The notes under the pieces are model-generated. The model had not been told where the DNA came from and did not search any database. It saw only the letters and a program-made list of their open reading frames with translations. Below, in pieces: positions 7,668 to 17,365 of a stretch of 32,000 nucleotides of DNA (the first letter of the stretch is position 1; each line of letters starts with the position of its first letter). Both the position numbers and the translations under genes were made by a program. The DNA comes from Alcanivorax sp. (GTDB lineage Bacteria > Pseudomonadota > Gammaproteobacteria > Pseudomonadales > Alcanivoracaceae), in the NCBI GenBank assembly GCA_022449455.1, contig JAKUPL010000003.1, positions 254,307 through 286,306 of the forward strand. Reading direction: 5' to 3'.

Positions 7668-8713
7668 GAAGCGAAGGGGTACATTTGGTAGGGGAGCCAG
7701 GCATCTGCATTCGCGGCGAAATTCAACCAGACAAGCTGTACCAACGCATAGTAAAAAACCGTGCCTATAACGATAAGGGCTCTTGAATACCCATCAGACG
7801 AGACAGTATAAAGCCTGGAAAAAACATACAATTGCAGCGGAATTAAATACAAGGCTACTCGATCAGTGGCCGTAGACGAAACAACGACCAGAGGAATACA
7901 AGCCAACGAAAATATAGAAATCCAACGCCAGAGCTTAAAATCTTGCTCAGTAGAAACAATACGGCGCCCTACAAAAAGAAAAATTAGCGCCGGTACAGAA
8001 TTCATTAGAACTCGGACCAAGCCGCCCTGCGATTCGTACTCAGCAGTAACGTAATTGGCCCATAGTTTATCCACCGAATCGAGAACGAAAAAATAAGCCG
8101 CCAATAGCGAAATAACACCGACCCAAAAAAAATTCCAAGCTCTATGCTTGGAGGCAGACAGGGCAGCAACGGGCAACATCAAAACTACGGACTTGTGGAA
8201 CGTTGCACCCAACAACACCCAGAAAAAAAAATTTATGCTTTTACCTCTAGACAAAGATGCCAGACCCAAAAAAAGGAAACCTAGCGCCGCAGACTGTCTT
8301 GTGTACCCCATGGAGACCACAATTATTAAATAAGGTACCGCCACAACTAAACACAACCAAGCCTTTGGCTGATCCAAGGAAAACCGGACAACACCAGTCA
8401 TTACAATCATAGCGCAAATCAGATTCACCCATACTATGCCGCCGCCCAAATGATTGACTATATAATTAATTAGATAATAGCCTTGATCTCCCGATATCAA
8501 AACCTCCCAAAGATCTCGCCCGCCCCTCGATTCCAAATGATCCAAGTATGTAAACCAATCGCCGCCAACCTCCTGGCGACAACCGATAACCAGAACAAAA
8601 ATGACCCAAGCGAGACACCAAAGGATTAAATTTGCGCTGCGACCAAGCCGAAAGCTAAACAGCAAACCCAAAAAAGGTATAAGGAAAAGAATCCAATAAA
8701 CAATCACAAGCAA
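7664..8713 (-). CDS. wzy: Polytopic membrane protein, EpsG-like putative repeat-unit polymerase (Wzy)
   Basis: 349 aa and very hydrophobic, with multiple predicted TM segments. Contains the RQEVGGDWFTYLDHLE motif that resembles the EpsG family. Low GC. Located among GTs in a wzx-containing cluster. Confidence 0.6.
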   Translation of the reverse strand: MLVIVYWILFLIPFLGLLFSFRLGRSANLILWCLAWVIFVLVIGCRQEVGGDWFTYLDHLESRGGRDLWEVLISGDQGYYLINYIVNHLGGGIVWVNLICAMIVMTGVVRFSLDQPKAWLCLVVAVPYLIIVVSMGYTRQSAALGFLFLGLASLSRGKSINFFFWVLLGATFHKSVVLMLPVAALSASKHRAWNFFWVGVISLLAAYFFVLDSVDKLWANYVTAEYESQGGLVRVLMNSVPALIFLFVGRRIVSTEQDFKLWRWISIFSLACIPLVVVSSTATDRVALYLIPLQLYVFSRLYTVSSDGYSRALIVIGTVFYYALVQLVWLNFAANADAWLPYQMYPFAS

Positions 8714-8761
8714 TACTCAACAAACAAAGGAAAAAGATATCCGGCACTTAATTCTTTGTTA

Positions 8762-9823
8762 TTAAACATCAAACCTAAGCCCGATAAGCCATTCTTGCAT
8801 GCGATCCGCCCAGGAAGCACGAATATTTACGCCACGGTATTCAGCTCGCATTGAATCAAGAAACTTTATAATTTGCTCTCGAGCGACCTCAGGGTCAGCA
8901 AAGTCAACACTAAAGCCCACCCGGTGACGCTCAACCTCATCGCTGTAACCCAAAGTGTTACTCTGCGCCGCAATGAATCGCTCATTCACGATGTAGTCGT
9001 ATAGCTTCAAAGGGCTTCCGGGGCTAATCCTGTTCGCCTTGACTGGCAGCAGGCAAACGTCAGCCGCACGAATCAAATCTGCACAACCGCTTTCTTCCAA
9101 CGGAGTTATGTTAATACAGTTCTCAGAACCTTCATAACGAGAAATATCGCCACCACCAACAACAATTTTTATATTATCACCATACTCATTGAATTTTTTC
9201 TGTAACGACAGAAGATAGTCTACGCCATGCCACTCCGACGCCCCTCCGGTAAAAACCAAATAAACGGCATCTTGAGATAAGCCAAATTTTTCTCTGGCTC
9301 TTTCCTTTGACAAGGATGATCTTGACCTCACATCAAACCCATTGTACGTAAAAAAATCAGACTCACTCCCGACACCATTAGATCGATACCAAGTCAACAG
9401 GTCGGGATGATTATAAATCCTAACATCCGACTTTTTATTAGTCCAATCAGCGACTATCGCCAAACCATGTACAACCATTCTTTTCACGCCATGAAATCTT
9501 AATAACTTAAGCTCCCCCAGCGTATCGGCATGAACCTCCCTAACCGTTTTTACATTAAGAACTTTAGCAAAACCAACTGAAAGAAACCCAACATGTCCTC
9601 TACTTATAAATATACTGGGCCGCCAAAAAATCAGGTACGCTAAGACAAGCGCCTCTATCAGAAAAATCTCCATAAATCTCAAAGGTTTCGATCGCATGTT
9701 CGCACTTAGCACCTTAAAATCATCAACGATTAAACTAAGAGCTTCCAATTTCTGCCTCGTTGCACGATCTTTCCCTGAAGAAGATTGTTTTAGATGAAAA
9801 TCGCAGGCGTACAACACTTTCAT
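8762..9823 (-). CDS. Glycosyltransferase (GT-B, GT4-like)
   Basis: 353 aa. The C-terminal domain carries VFTGGASEWHGVDYLL...SPGSPLKLYDYIVNE, which is reminiscent of the GT4 E-x7-E region. Low GC. Confidence 0.55.
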   Translation of the reverse strand: MKVLYACDFHLKQSSSGKDRATRQKLEALSLIVDDFKVLSANMRSKPLRFMEIFLIEALVLAYLIFWRPSIFISRGHVGFLSVGFAKVLNVKTVREVHADTLGELKLLRFHGVKRMVVHGLAIVADWTNKKSDVRIYNHPDLLTWYRSNGVGSESDFFTYNGFDVRSRSSLSKERAREKFGLSQDAVYLVFTGGASEWHGVDYLLSLQKKFNEYGDNIKIVVGGGDISRYEGSENCINITPLEESGCADLIRAADVCLLPVKANRISPGSPLKLYDYIVNERFIAAQSNTLGYSDEVERHRVGFSVDFADPEVAREQIIKFLDSMRAEYRGVNIRASWADRMQEWLIGLRFDV

Positions 9824-9862
9824 GATTCTTAAACCTTCACATGTTTGGATTTTCCGAAGGCA

Positions 9863-10999
9863 TTATTTGAAACTTGAAAAATAATTAAGACCAGCTTTAG
9901 TATTCGTGCAACCAGAAACAGCCTCAAAAGATCGTTTCAAAACATGCATCTTATCAACGTCTGATAGCGACAGAAAACGACTTATCTTATTTGCTATATC
10001 CACGGCATCAGCAGCACCAACCAAATACCCGTTAAAACCATCTACAACAATGCCATCTATTCCTTCCCCCACATGACCGATCACCAAACACCCCATAGCC
10101 ATCGCTTCCAAGTAAGCCAATCCGAGAGTTTCCGGTTTGCTAGGCATTATGTATATGCAAGAATCTTTTAAGAAATCAAAAACCTCTTCTTTTCTTCTCC
10201 AACCCGTAAAAAAAACACAATCGCCCAGGGCGAGATTGCAAACAAGCGACTTTAACTTTTTTAAATCTGGACCATCCCCCACTATCATTAAACTAGCCGA
10301 GACGCCGCGCTCATGTAATATCGGTAACGATTCGATTATTTTATCCACATTTTTTAAAGGCAACAAAGCGCCACAAAAAATCAATTTCACTACTTTAGAC
10401 TTACTGCAGAGATAACGCCCATCAAAGAGGTTTCTACTTCTGCCTGCCTCAATAAGCTTATCATCAATCCCCGAGTACACTACGCCCTTGACTTCGATAT
10501 TTCCGAATCGATCAAGCAATTTTCTTTTTATTGAGTCTGATCTAGCAAAAACACCATCATTATTTTCGATGGAAAGCTTTAAAGTTTTCTGGAAGAAATC
10601 CCCTTGATGAACCACAAGATAGTGACGTTTCGTGTTCAATGGTAATATCTTATTTGCGCGATAGTAACTCATCGACATGTGCGATATCACCGAATCATAC
10701 TGAGAAGCTGGCAGATACTTCCTTACAAAAAGCTTTGAGAGAAACGAAAGAAATCGAGTTCTATACCCAAAGATAGGGATATCGATTATTTTAACATTAC
10801 CTACGTAGCTAATTCCTATCTTTAAACGAATTTCTTTTGAAATAACTTGATTAAATCGAAGTACACCAACCACCATCATTCCGCCCTGAATGGCACTTTC
10901 GACCAAATCTTTCACTGCGTGCGTTTGATGGCCTCTTTCTCTGGTATCGGTATCGGGGTACAAATCCGTGCAAATCAAAAATCTAGTTGCATTCGTCAT
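9863..10999 (-). CDS. Glycosyltransferase family 4
   Basis: 378 aa. Carries the classic motif IYIMPSKPETLGLAYLEAMAMGCLVIGHVGEGIDGIVVDGFNGYLV. Confidence 0.75.
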   Translation of the reverse strand: MTNATRFLICTDLYPDTDTRERGHQTHAVKDLVESAIQGGMMVVGVLRFNQVISKEIRLKIGISYVGNVKIIDIPIFGYRTRFLSFLSKLFVRKYLPASQYDSVISHMSMSYYRANKILPLNTKRHYLVVHQGDFFQKTLKLSIENNDGVFARSDSIKRKLLDRFGNIEVKGVVYSGIDDKLIEAGRSRNLFDGRYLCSKSKVVKLIFCGALLPLKNVDKIIESLPILHERGVSASLMIVGDGPDLKKLKSLVCNLALGDCVFFTGWRRKEEVFDFLKDSCIYIMPSKPETLGLAYLEAMAMGCLVIGHVGEGIDGIVVDGFNGYLVGAADAVDIANKISRFLSLSDVDKMHVLKRSFEAVSGCTNTKAGLNYFSSFK

Positions 11000-11044
11000 T
11001 AATCCTAACTCCTGACAATGGAGTTGTTTGGCAAACCCTTCTTG

Positions 11045-12232
11045 TTACCCATCACAGGATTTCAAAACAGAAGCCAATAATTGGGTTGTTTTTCTTTCTA
11101 TTTGTTCCCAACCCCGCATTCCCATCAAGATTTCTCTATTCGTATTTCGTTCAGAACCAGAAAGCATTGAATGTAAAATTCCTGGATTATGCGTAATATC
11201 AGATGTTGAATTTATAAATACACCTCTTTTTTTATAGTACTCAAAAAAAGGGTTCTCTTCATTTAAGAAAACTCTAGCGCCCATATAAAGCGCTGAAGCG
11301 ATATTGGCGCCCGCTTGTTGCCTTTTATGATTCATGACCACAACAGAGCATGTTGAAATAATATCTATATAGTCCGAAAACTCTAAAAAATCGATCAGAG
11401 GCTTGAATTTTTTTCCAAAGTAGCGACGCCCTTCTTCCACGATAATCTCTCGATATCTCTCGTCTCCATAGCTCAACGGAACAATTATTTCGACATTTTT
11501 GTCATCCAAATGTGCATTCATTAATTCGAAAACATCTGAATGATTATTGGTTGGCGTAGCACTGTTACCAATCAGTATATTATTACCATTTGGAGCTGTA
11601 TACTTCTTGAGGCCATCGAACGACTTGGCTGATATGCCGTAGTTCCAGTCAAGATACATCGGAAAACTTTCACCATGATACATCTTTCTAACCATTTCAT
11701 ATTCCGATTCAAGCACAGGCGCGAACCATTTAATATTTTTTATGGTCTTCTTTTTATTTCTCCCTCCTTTATACACAATATAACGTAAAAATCTCTTCAG
11801 CTCCTTTACGCAGCTTTTTTTCTTCGGATTCATGGCACCAACGATTGATCGAGTCCGAGGCATCAACATATCTTCAGAATCTTTATATATTAAATCGTAA
11901 TAGTCAAACCCCATCCCAACCCATAAGAAATCAACCCTACAACCACAACGTGCAACGAGCTCGAGATTAAAAGCATTAAGCCCATGCAGAATCACGACAT
12001 CATAACTTTGAAGTTTTTTTATAAATTTAGAGCTCAGAAAGGAAAATTTCGACACTCTAATTGGCAAGATACTTTTTAAATGTTTTATTCTTTTACTTTT
12101 GTCTGGAAGATAATAATCGCTGCACGAAGGCGCTACTTTTTCGAATACATCATAAGCCGTATCGGGAAACTTCTCATCTCGGATAATATGTGCAATTCTT
12201 AAATCTGAGAAGCCTTCCATATTACATATCAT
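11045..12232 (-). CDS. GT56-family transferase (WecF-like, TDP-4-amino/acetamido-4,6-dideoxyhexose transferase)
   Basis: 395 aa. The C-terminal half matches the pattern I recall from E. coli WecF: ILIGNSATPTNNH (WecF ILVGNSGDRSNEH), VPLSYG, LEFSDYIDII, HKRQQAGANIA (WecF ARQQGIGTL), LNEENPFF (WecF LNRENPFW). An alternative start is M5 at 12220. Confidence 0.7.
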   Translation of the reverse strand: MICNMEGFSDLRIAHIIRDEKFPDTAYDVFEKVAPSCSDYYLPDKSKRIKHLKSILPIRVSKFSFLSSKFIKKLQSYDVVILHGLNAFNLELVARCGCRVDFLWVGMGFDYYDLIYKDSEDMLMPRTRSIVGAMNPKKKSCVKELKRFLRYIVYKGGRNKKKTIKNIKWFAPVLESEYEMVRKMYHGESFPMYLDWNYGISAKSFDGLKKYTAPNGNNILIGNSATPTNNHSDVFELMNAHLDDKNVEIIVPLSYGDERYREIIVEEGRRYFGKKFKPLIDFLEFSDYIDIISTCSVVVMNHKRQQAGANIASALYMGARVFLNEENPFFEYYKKRGVFINSTSDITHNPGILHSMLSGSERNTNREILMGMRGWEQIERKTTQLLASVLKSCDG

Positions 12233-13046
12233 AACCTAAAAGTTCCGCTTCTTTTGAACACATTCTTTTAATGGTTTGATAGTTTTCAGCAAAAAAACAC
12301 TTAGTATCTATCTTTGAATTGCCTTTACTTTGATACTGCTTATCTAAAAAGGCAGATATATCATTATTTACCTGCAAGCCAACCTCGTTCGCCAGCTGTT
12401 TAACATAAGCGTCCTTGTTAATTAAAAAATCTTCGTACTTCAAGAGCACAAAATTTTCTTTATTTTCTAAATATGTTCTTGCTCCAACTTTCCATCTATA
12501 AGCCAAAGCATCAACATAATTAGACGCCACATACCCCATCCATCTAGTATCCAAGTTAATTCTCCATGCAGGGGATTCTTTGACCAATGGATAACTTTCA
12601 ATGTCTAATGTTTCCAAGTCACCAGGCACTCTCAACCTATTTAATATGCTTCTAATGTTATCCATTGGGTGCCGGACGATCATAACGAATTTGGCTCGAG
12701 GGAAAACTCGGGATAACTCTTTGTAAAAAAAAGTAAGGCCGGGCTCTTTAATGATTTCTTTCTTAAACGATTCTCGATACTTATAAATATACTCTTCAAA
12801 AGATCCAATTCCGTATTGGATAAGAACTTTCCATTCAGGATGACGGATCGAGCGCAGCACATCCAGCGTAGCATCTTTACCTACGGCTTGAGCCAACAAG
12901 GCAGATATCGCCGTTGTTCCAGATTTTTGGACGCCGAGTATTATAACAGGAGCATCTCCTGATAAGGATCGGCAAAAATCGATAGCCTTTTTCTTTTGAT
13001 GGATATCCCACTCTGATTGCAGCTTATTCATTGCCCTTCGAATCAT
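12222..13046 (-). CDS. Sulfotransferase (PAPS-dependent)
   Basis: 274 aa. Has the 5'-PSB-like loop VIILGVQKSGTTAISALL and the 3'-PB-like FVMIVRHPMDNIRSILNR. Its ATG forms an ATGA overlap with the wzx stop, and its 3' end overlaps the GT56 start. Confidence 0.7.
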   Translation of the reverse strand: MIRRAMNKLQSEWDIHQKKKAIDFCRSLSGDAPVIILGVQKSGTTAISALLAQAVGKDATLDVLRSIRHPEWKVLIQYGIGSFEEYIYKYRESFKKEIIKEPGLTFFYKELSRVFPRAKFVMIVRHPMDNIRSILNRLRVPGDLETLDIESYPLVKESPAWRINLDTRWMGYVASNYVDALAYRWKVGARTYLENKENFVLLKYEDFLINKDAYVKQLANEVGLQVNNDISAFLDKQYQSKGNSKIDTKCFFAENYQTIKRMCSKEAELLGYDM

Positions 13047-14482
13047 GACTTCCTCTTATTAAAGAAATATTTGACTGTAGCCAGCAGTTTCGGATCCATA
13101 AGAGTAGAAAGAGAAATATAAAGAATCACAAAAGAAATACTGGAAAAAACGACATAAGCTGCGTCCCCGATTACGTTGTTCGACCCGATGTAAAAAACCA
13201 AGAGGCCTAGGAATAGCGACAATGAAAATGGAAGCTTTATATCTCTCCATTGCTCCATCAGCGTATAGTCAATAAGCTTTTCAGAATAGTACTTATTTGG
13301 ATAGTACGAAATTACCGAATTTATGATTTGCGCCCATAACACTCCCAATATTCCAAACCTGATTCCAATCCATAAGGTAAGTGCCAGAAGAGCTTTTTTG
13401 AATATTTGCAAGCCAAGCAGTAAATCTGAGCGGCCAAGGACTCTTAGTATGTTTAAATTTATCGAATGGAGCGGTAACAGCAGCGCGGCGATACATAAGA
13501 GCTGGAAATAGAAGTGAGCATGGTGCCATTTTTCTGGCAACATCAATGTGTATAACGGTTTAGCCAAAGCGGCAAGGATAGCCACAGAAGGGAAATAAGC
13601 AAACACAGTGACTCTTATAACTTTACGATAATCACTCTTCAGCTTTACAAGATCATCCTGTTGCTTTGATAGCGCTGGATAGCTGACCTTTTGTATTGAG
13701 TTTATTATTTGTCCTGTTATTAATTCTTTCATTCTCTCCGCAAAGAAGTAAAGGCCTGCCGTGTGCGCGGAGAAAACTTTCGCTATAATAACGACATATA
13801 TATTCTTAAAAACTGTTTCTAGTGCCCCCGACAAAAAGAGCTTATAGCCAAAAGAATACATTTCTTTTAAAGAGGTGAAACTGAATGATAATCCGGGAAG
13901 CCATTTATTAAGAATCCAAAGGAACAAAGTTTGGAAAAGAGCGGCCATCAGCATTTGTATGACCAGGGCCCAAACGCCAAAACCCTCTTTCGCTAAAAGT
14001 ACAGCGATTACCCCGGATAACAGAACGGCAGGAAAAGTAGCTTTTAATTGAGTTTTGAAATCTAGTTTTCTGCTTAGATCAGCGATCTGAACCACCTGGA
14101 AGGAATTTATCAGTATCGCTATTGAAGAAACGCGAATCAGAATTTCTAGATTAGGCTCATTGTAAAAGGCCGAGATAGCAGGGGCACAAATATAGAGAAG
14201 AGCATATGACACCACCCCCAGACCAATATTTGAGTAAAAAGCTGTATTATAATCTTCTTCTTTTGCATTCTTTTTTCGGATTAGAGCTTGTGTGAAGCCT
14301 GAATCCATTAATGACTGACCTAGCGCCAGGAATATCGCCATCATCGAGATAAGCCCGAAATCTTCCGGCGTCAACAACTTAGCTAAAATTATTGTTATGA
14401 TGATCCCCATTCCACGACGAGCCAACTGCTCTAGAAAATTCCAGATCACTCCGATGACCGTACGATTTGAGATACGTAGCAT
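13043..14482 (-). CDS. wzx: Wzx-type flippase (MOP/polysaccharide biosynthesis protein family)
   Basis: 479 aa and polytopic. The N-terminus GVIWNFLEQLARRGMGIIITIILAKLLTPEDFGLISMM is typical of Wzx/RfbX proteins. Confidence 0.8.
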   Translation of the reverse strand: MLRISNRTVIGVIWNFLEQLARRGMGIIITIILAKLLTPEDFGLISMMAIFLALGQSLMDSGFTQALIRKKNAKEEDYNTAFYSNIGLGVVSYALLYICAPAISAFYNEPNLEILIRVSSIAILINSFQVVQIADLSRKLDFKTQLKATFPAVLLSGVIAVLLAKEGFGVWALVIQMLMAALFQTLFLWILNKWLPGLSFSFTSLKEMYSFGYKLFLSGALETVFKNIYVVIIAKVFSAHTAGLYFFAERMKELITGQIINSIQKVSYPALSKQQDDLVKLKSDYRKVIRVTVFAYFPSVAILAALAKPLYTLMLPEKWHHAHFYFQLLCIAALLLPLHSINLNILRVLGRSDLLLGLQIFKKALLALTLWIGIRFGILGVLWAQIINSVISYYPNKYYSEKLIDYTLMEQWRDIKLPFSLSLFLGLLVFYIGSNNVIGDAAYVVFSSISFVILYISLSTLMDPKLLATVKYFFNKRKS

Positions 14483-14576
14483 TGGGTTCAGTTATTTAAA
14501 CTCAGAAAATTTTATACGCCGCATTTTCAGAAATCTCTAACAACACGGAGCAACCATGAATTCAAGAAAGTGGAAT

Positions 14577-15407
14577 CTAATAATTCAGCCAAGTCAGTTG
14601 CTTCTCGGCGATAGCATTAAATTCATTTATATTTGAATCGCTCAACTCAGATTTAAAACCACCAATCCGTCCAGGGTCCAACCCCTCAAGAGTCTTGGCC
14701 TTCCACTGCAGGAACTCTTTCGGCTCATCGTTATTACGCTCATAACCGAGCATAAGCGGATGAAAATCCAATCCCAAATGACGACAAACGTACCTTAAAG
14801 TTTCTTCCGGAGATACCAAAAGATCCTCATATTTGATAAAAATCGCGCCTTCCTTTACTGAAGCCATCATTATGTCGACACTATCTGCCCATTCCATGGC
14901 AATTTCTGCGATATCATTCTTAAGTATAGGCCTATACTTCGATACGATGTTTTTCTCAGACAACTTCCTGTACGAACAGGCCACGTCTCTACCATCTCGG
15001 ACAATAAATATCTTTTTTGACCCACTGAAGTATTTCTTTATTAGGTCCATGTTATTTATATAATAGTTATTTTTATCACCAACGATCTCTGCGTTCTTCT
15101 CTGTTTTTCTTGCATATGCAAGATACACGCAGCGACAAAGGCCTGCATAGTTTTTCGGTTGATTCCTTTGAATCTGATCATCTATAGCATCAAAATCCAG
15201 CCCCCATGTTTCAAATTTTCTAGTATTCAACACATCCATAATGTAATTATATGTTTGTGTGTCTTCGAACTCACCTTTGTATCGATCTGCCAACCATAGA
15301 GCAAAACCACACTCCGGGGGAACGGTGATAGATGGATGACTATTTAAAATTAAACGAAATAATGACGTTCCGGATCTTGGGTTTCCTAGTATAAAAAAAT
15401 CAGCCAT
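14577..15407 (-). CDS. Sulfotransferase (Sulfotransfer_3-like, PAPS-dependent)
   Basis: Trimmed to M37 ([27 protein letters not shown]...). Has the 5'-PSB PRSGTS and the 3'-PB IFIVRDGRDVACS. The ATG at 15407 overlaps the aminotransferase stop by 8 nt (ATGGCTGA). Confidence 0.75.
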   Translation of the reverse strand: MADFFILGNPRSGTSLFRLILNSHPSITVPPECGFALWLADRYKGEFEDTQTYNYIMDVLNTRKFETWGLDFDAIDDQIQRNQPKNYAGLCRCVYLAYARKTEKNAEIVGDKNNYYINNMDLIKKYFSGSKKIFIVRDGRDVACSYRKLSEKNIVSKYRPILKNDIAEIAMEWADSVDIMMASVKEGAIFIKYEDLLVSPEETLRYVCRHLGLDFHPLMLGYERNNDEPKEFLQWKAKTLEGLDPGRIGGFKSELSDSNINEFNAIAEKQLTWLNY

Positions 15408-16500
15408 CTTGTTGCTCCTTAACAACAAACACAATTGTTTCAGAGATATCCTCTGGCATTGAAGAATACATAGGGAAGCAAAGAATGCGTTTTGACAAAT
15501 CTCGACTGACAACAAAAGCCGCAGGAGTATCCGAAAAGTTCAACAGATCCAAGGAAGGGTAAAAATATCTTCTTGGATGAATCTCCAATTTCCCTAAAAT
15601 ATTTATTAAATCCCTAACTTTATGCTTGCTTTCAAATGCAGCAGGAAAGTAAGTGTAATTATTGTCACAATGAACATTTCTTTTTTGTAGTTGAGCAACA
15701 TCCTCAATTCCGAACTTATACCTATCCCATATTCCTTGGCGAGATTTCAGGTGCTCGGCCATTTCATCCAACACACAAAGTCCCATCGCCGCTTGGAATT
15801 CATTCATCTTAGCGTTGATTCCAAGCTCATCGATCTGCTCAGGCCCGGAAAGCCCGAAGTTGATCATTAATTTCGCTTTTTCCAGGTCCTCTTTGCGTTT
15901 GAAGACGATGGCACCACCTTCCACTGTGTGAAAGAGTTTTGTGGCGTGGAAACTGAGTGTTGCCGCGTCGCCATGTTTCAGCAGGCTTTCACCTTTATAG
16001 GTCACGCCAAAGGCGTGGGCACCGTCGTAAATCACCTTAAGATTGTGCTTGCGGGCAATTTCATTGATGGCTTCTACCTCGCAGGCATTGCCGAATACGT
16101 GCACAGGCACGATAGCTCGAGTACGTGAGGTGATGGCCGGTTCAATGTTCGCCGGGTCCAGGCACCAGGTGTCCGGATCGATGTCGGCGAACACTGGCTC
16201 CACACCTTCCCACTTCAAAGAGCTCGCCGTGGCAACAAAAGAAAACGGTGTGGTGATAGCTTCCGCGGGGGTGTCAGAAGCCTGCCCTGAGACGCCCAGG
16301 ACCCGGTAGGCGATCTGCAGCGCCAAGGTGCCATTGGCGACCAGTAACAGGTTTTCAACGCCCAGGTACTCTTCCAACCTCCGGGTCAATTCCTGAACCA
16401 GGGGGCCGTTATTGGTCAGCCAGTTCCGTTCGTATATGCCGTCGATGTAGCGATCCAGCTTCTTCCGGTCAGGCAGATAGGGCTTAGTGACTGGAATCAT
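15400..16500 (-). CDS. DegT/DnrJ/EryC1-family PLP aminotransferase, probable dTDP-4-keto-6-deoxyhexose 4-aminotransferase (VioA/WecE-like)
   Basis: 366 aa. Contains [43 protein letters not shown] and LSFHATK (PLP lysine). It lies directly downstream of rmlB-rmlA with no 3,4-isomerase, so a 4-amino product is the simplest reading. Confidence 0.75.
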   Translation of the reverse strand: MIPVTKPYLPDRKKLDRYIDGIYERNWLTNNGPLVQELTRRLEEYLGVENLLLVANGTLALQIAYRVLGVSGQASDTPAEAITTPFSFVATASSLKWEGVEPVFADIDPDTWCLDPANIEPAITSRTRAIVPVHVFGNACEVEAINEIARKHNLKVIYDGAHAFGVTYKGESLLKHGDAATLSFHATKLFHTVEGGAIVFKRKEDLEKAKLMINFGLSGPEQIDELGINAKMNEFQAAMGLCVLDEMAEHLKSRQGIWDRYKFGIEDVAQLQKRNVHCDNNYTYFPAAFESKHKVRDLINILGKLEIHPRRYFYPSLDLLNFSDTPAAFVVSRDLSKRILCFPMYSSMPEDISETIVFVVKEQQDG

Positions 16501-17365
16501 GCTCTTCCACCAGATCGAGAAGGTATTTCCCGTAACCGTTCTTCGCGAGGCTATCGCCGATTACGGCCACTTCCTTGGCGCTGAGCCAGCCGTTGTAGAG
16601 AGCAATTTCTTCCAGACAGGCGATTTTGTAGCCCTGGCGCTTCTCTACGGTCTCCACGAACTGGGCGGCTTCCAGCAGGCTTTCGTGGGTACCGGTGTCC
16701 AGCCAGGCAAAGCCACGACCCAGCACTTCCACGCTCAGGTCGCCTCTCTCTAAATAAGCCTGGTTGATACTGGTGATTTCCAGCTCGCCACGATGAGAAG
16801 GCTTGACCGCCTTGGCCATCTCGATCACATCGTTGTCGTAGAAATAGAGCCCGGTTACCGCAAAGTGTGACTTCGGCTTATCCGGCTTCTCTTCAATGGA
16901 CACAGCCTTCTTGTTGTCGTCGAATTCGACCACGCCAAAGCGCTCGGGGTCTTTGACCTGATAGCCAAATACCGTAGCGCCGGATTCTCTGGCAGCCGCT
17001 TCTTTCAGCTTGGGCGAGAAGCCTTGTCCGTAGAAGATGTTGTCGCCCAGCACCAGACAGACCCGATCATCGCCGATAAAGGATTCACCCAGGATAAACG
17101 CTTGAGCGAGCCCGTCCGGGCTGGGCTGTTCTTTATACGTCAGGTTGATGCCGTAACGGCTGCCATCGCCCAGCATGCGCTGAAAGCCGGACATGTCCTC
17201 CGGCGTGGTAATGATCAGAATGTCGCGGATACCCGCCAACATGAGCACCGACAATGGGTAGTAGATCATCGGCTTGTCGTAGATCGGAAGAAGCTGCTTG
17301 GAGACACCCATGGTGATGGGATAAAGGCGGGTTCCACTGCCGCCTGCGAGAATGATGCCTTTCAT
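16484..17365 (-). CDS. rmlA: Glucose-1-phosphate thymidylyltransferase
   Basis: 293 aa. Starts with [57 protein letters not shown], the canonical RmlA/RfbA N-terminus. Confidence 0.93.
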   Translation of the reverse strand: MKGIILAGGSGTRLYPITMGVSKQLLPIYDKPMIYYPLSVLMLAGIRDILIITTPEDMSGFQRMLGDGSRYGINLTYKEQPSPDGLAQAFILGESFIGDDRVCLVLGDNIFYGQGFSPKLKEAAARESGATVFGYQVKDPERFGVVEFDDNKKAVSIEEKPDKPKSHFAVTGLYFYDNDVIEMAKAVKPSHRGELEITSINQAYLERGDLSVEVLGRGFAWLDTGTHESLLEAAQFVETVEKRQGYKIACLEEIALYNGWLSAKEVAVIGDSLAKNGYGKYLLDLVEEHDSSH

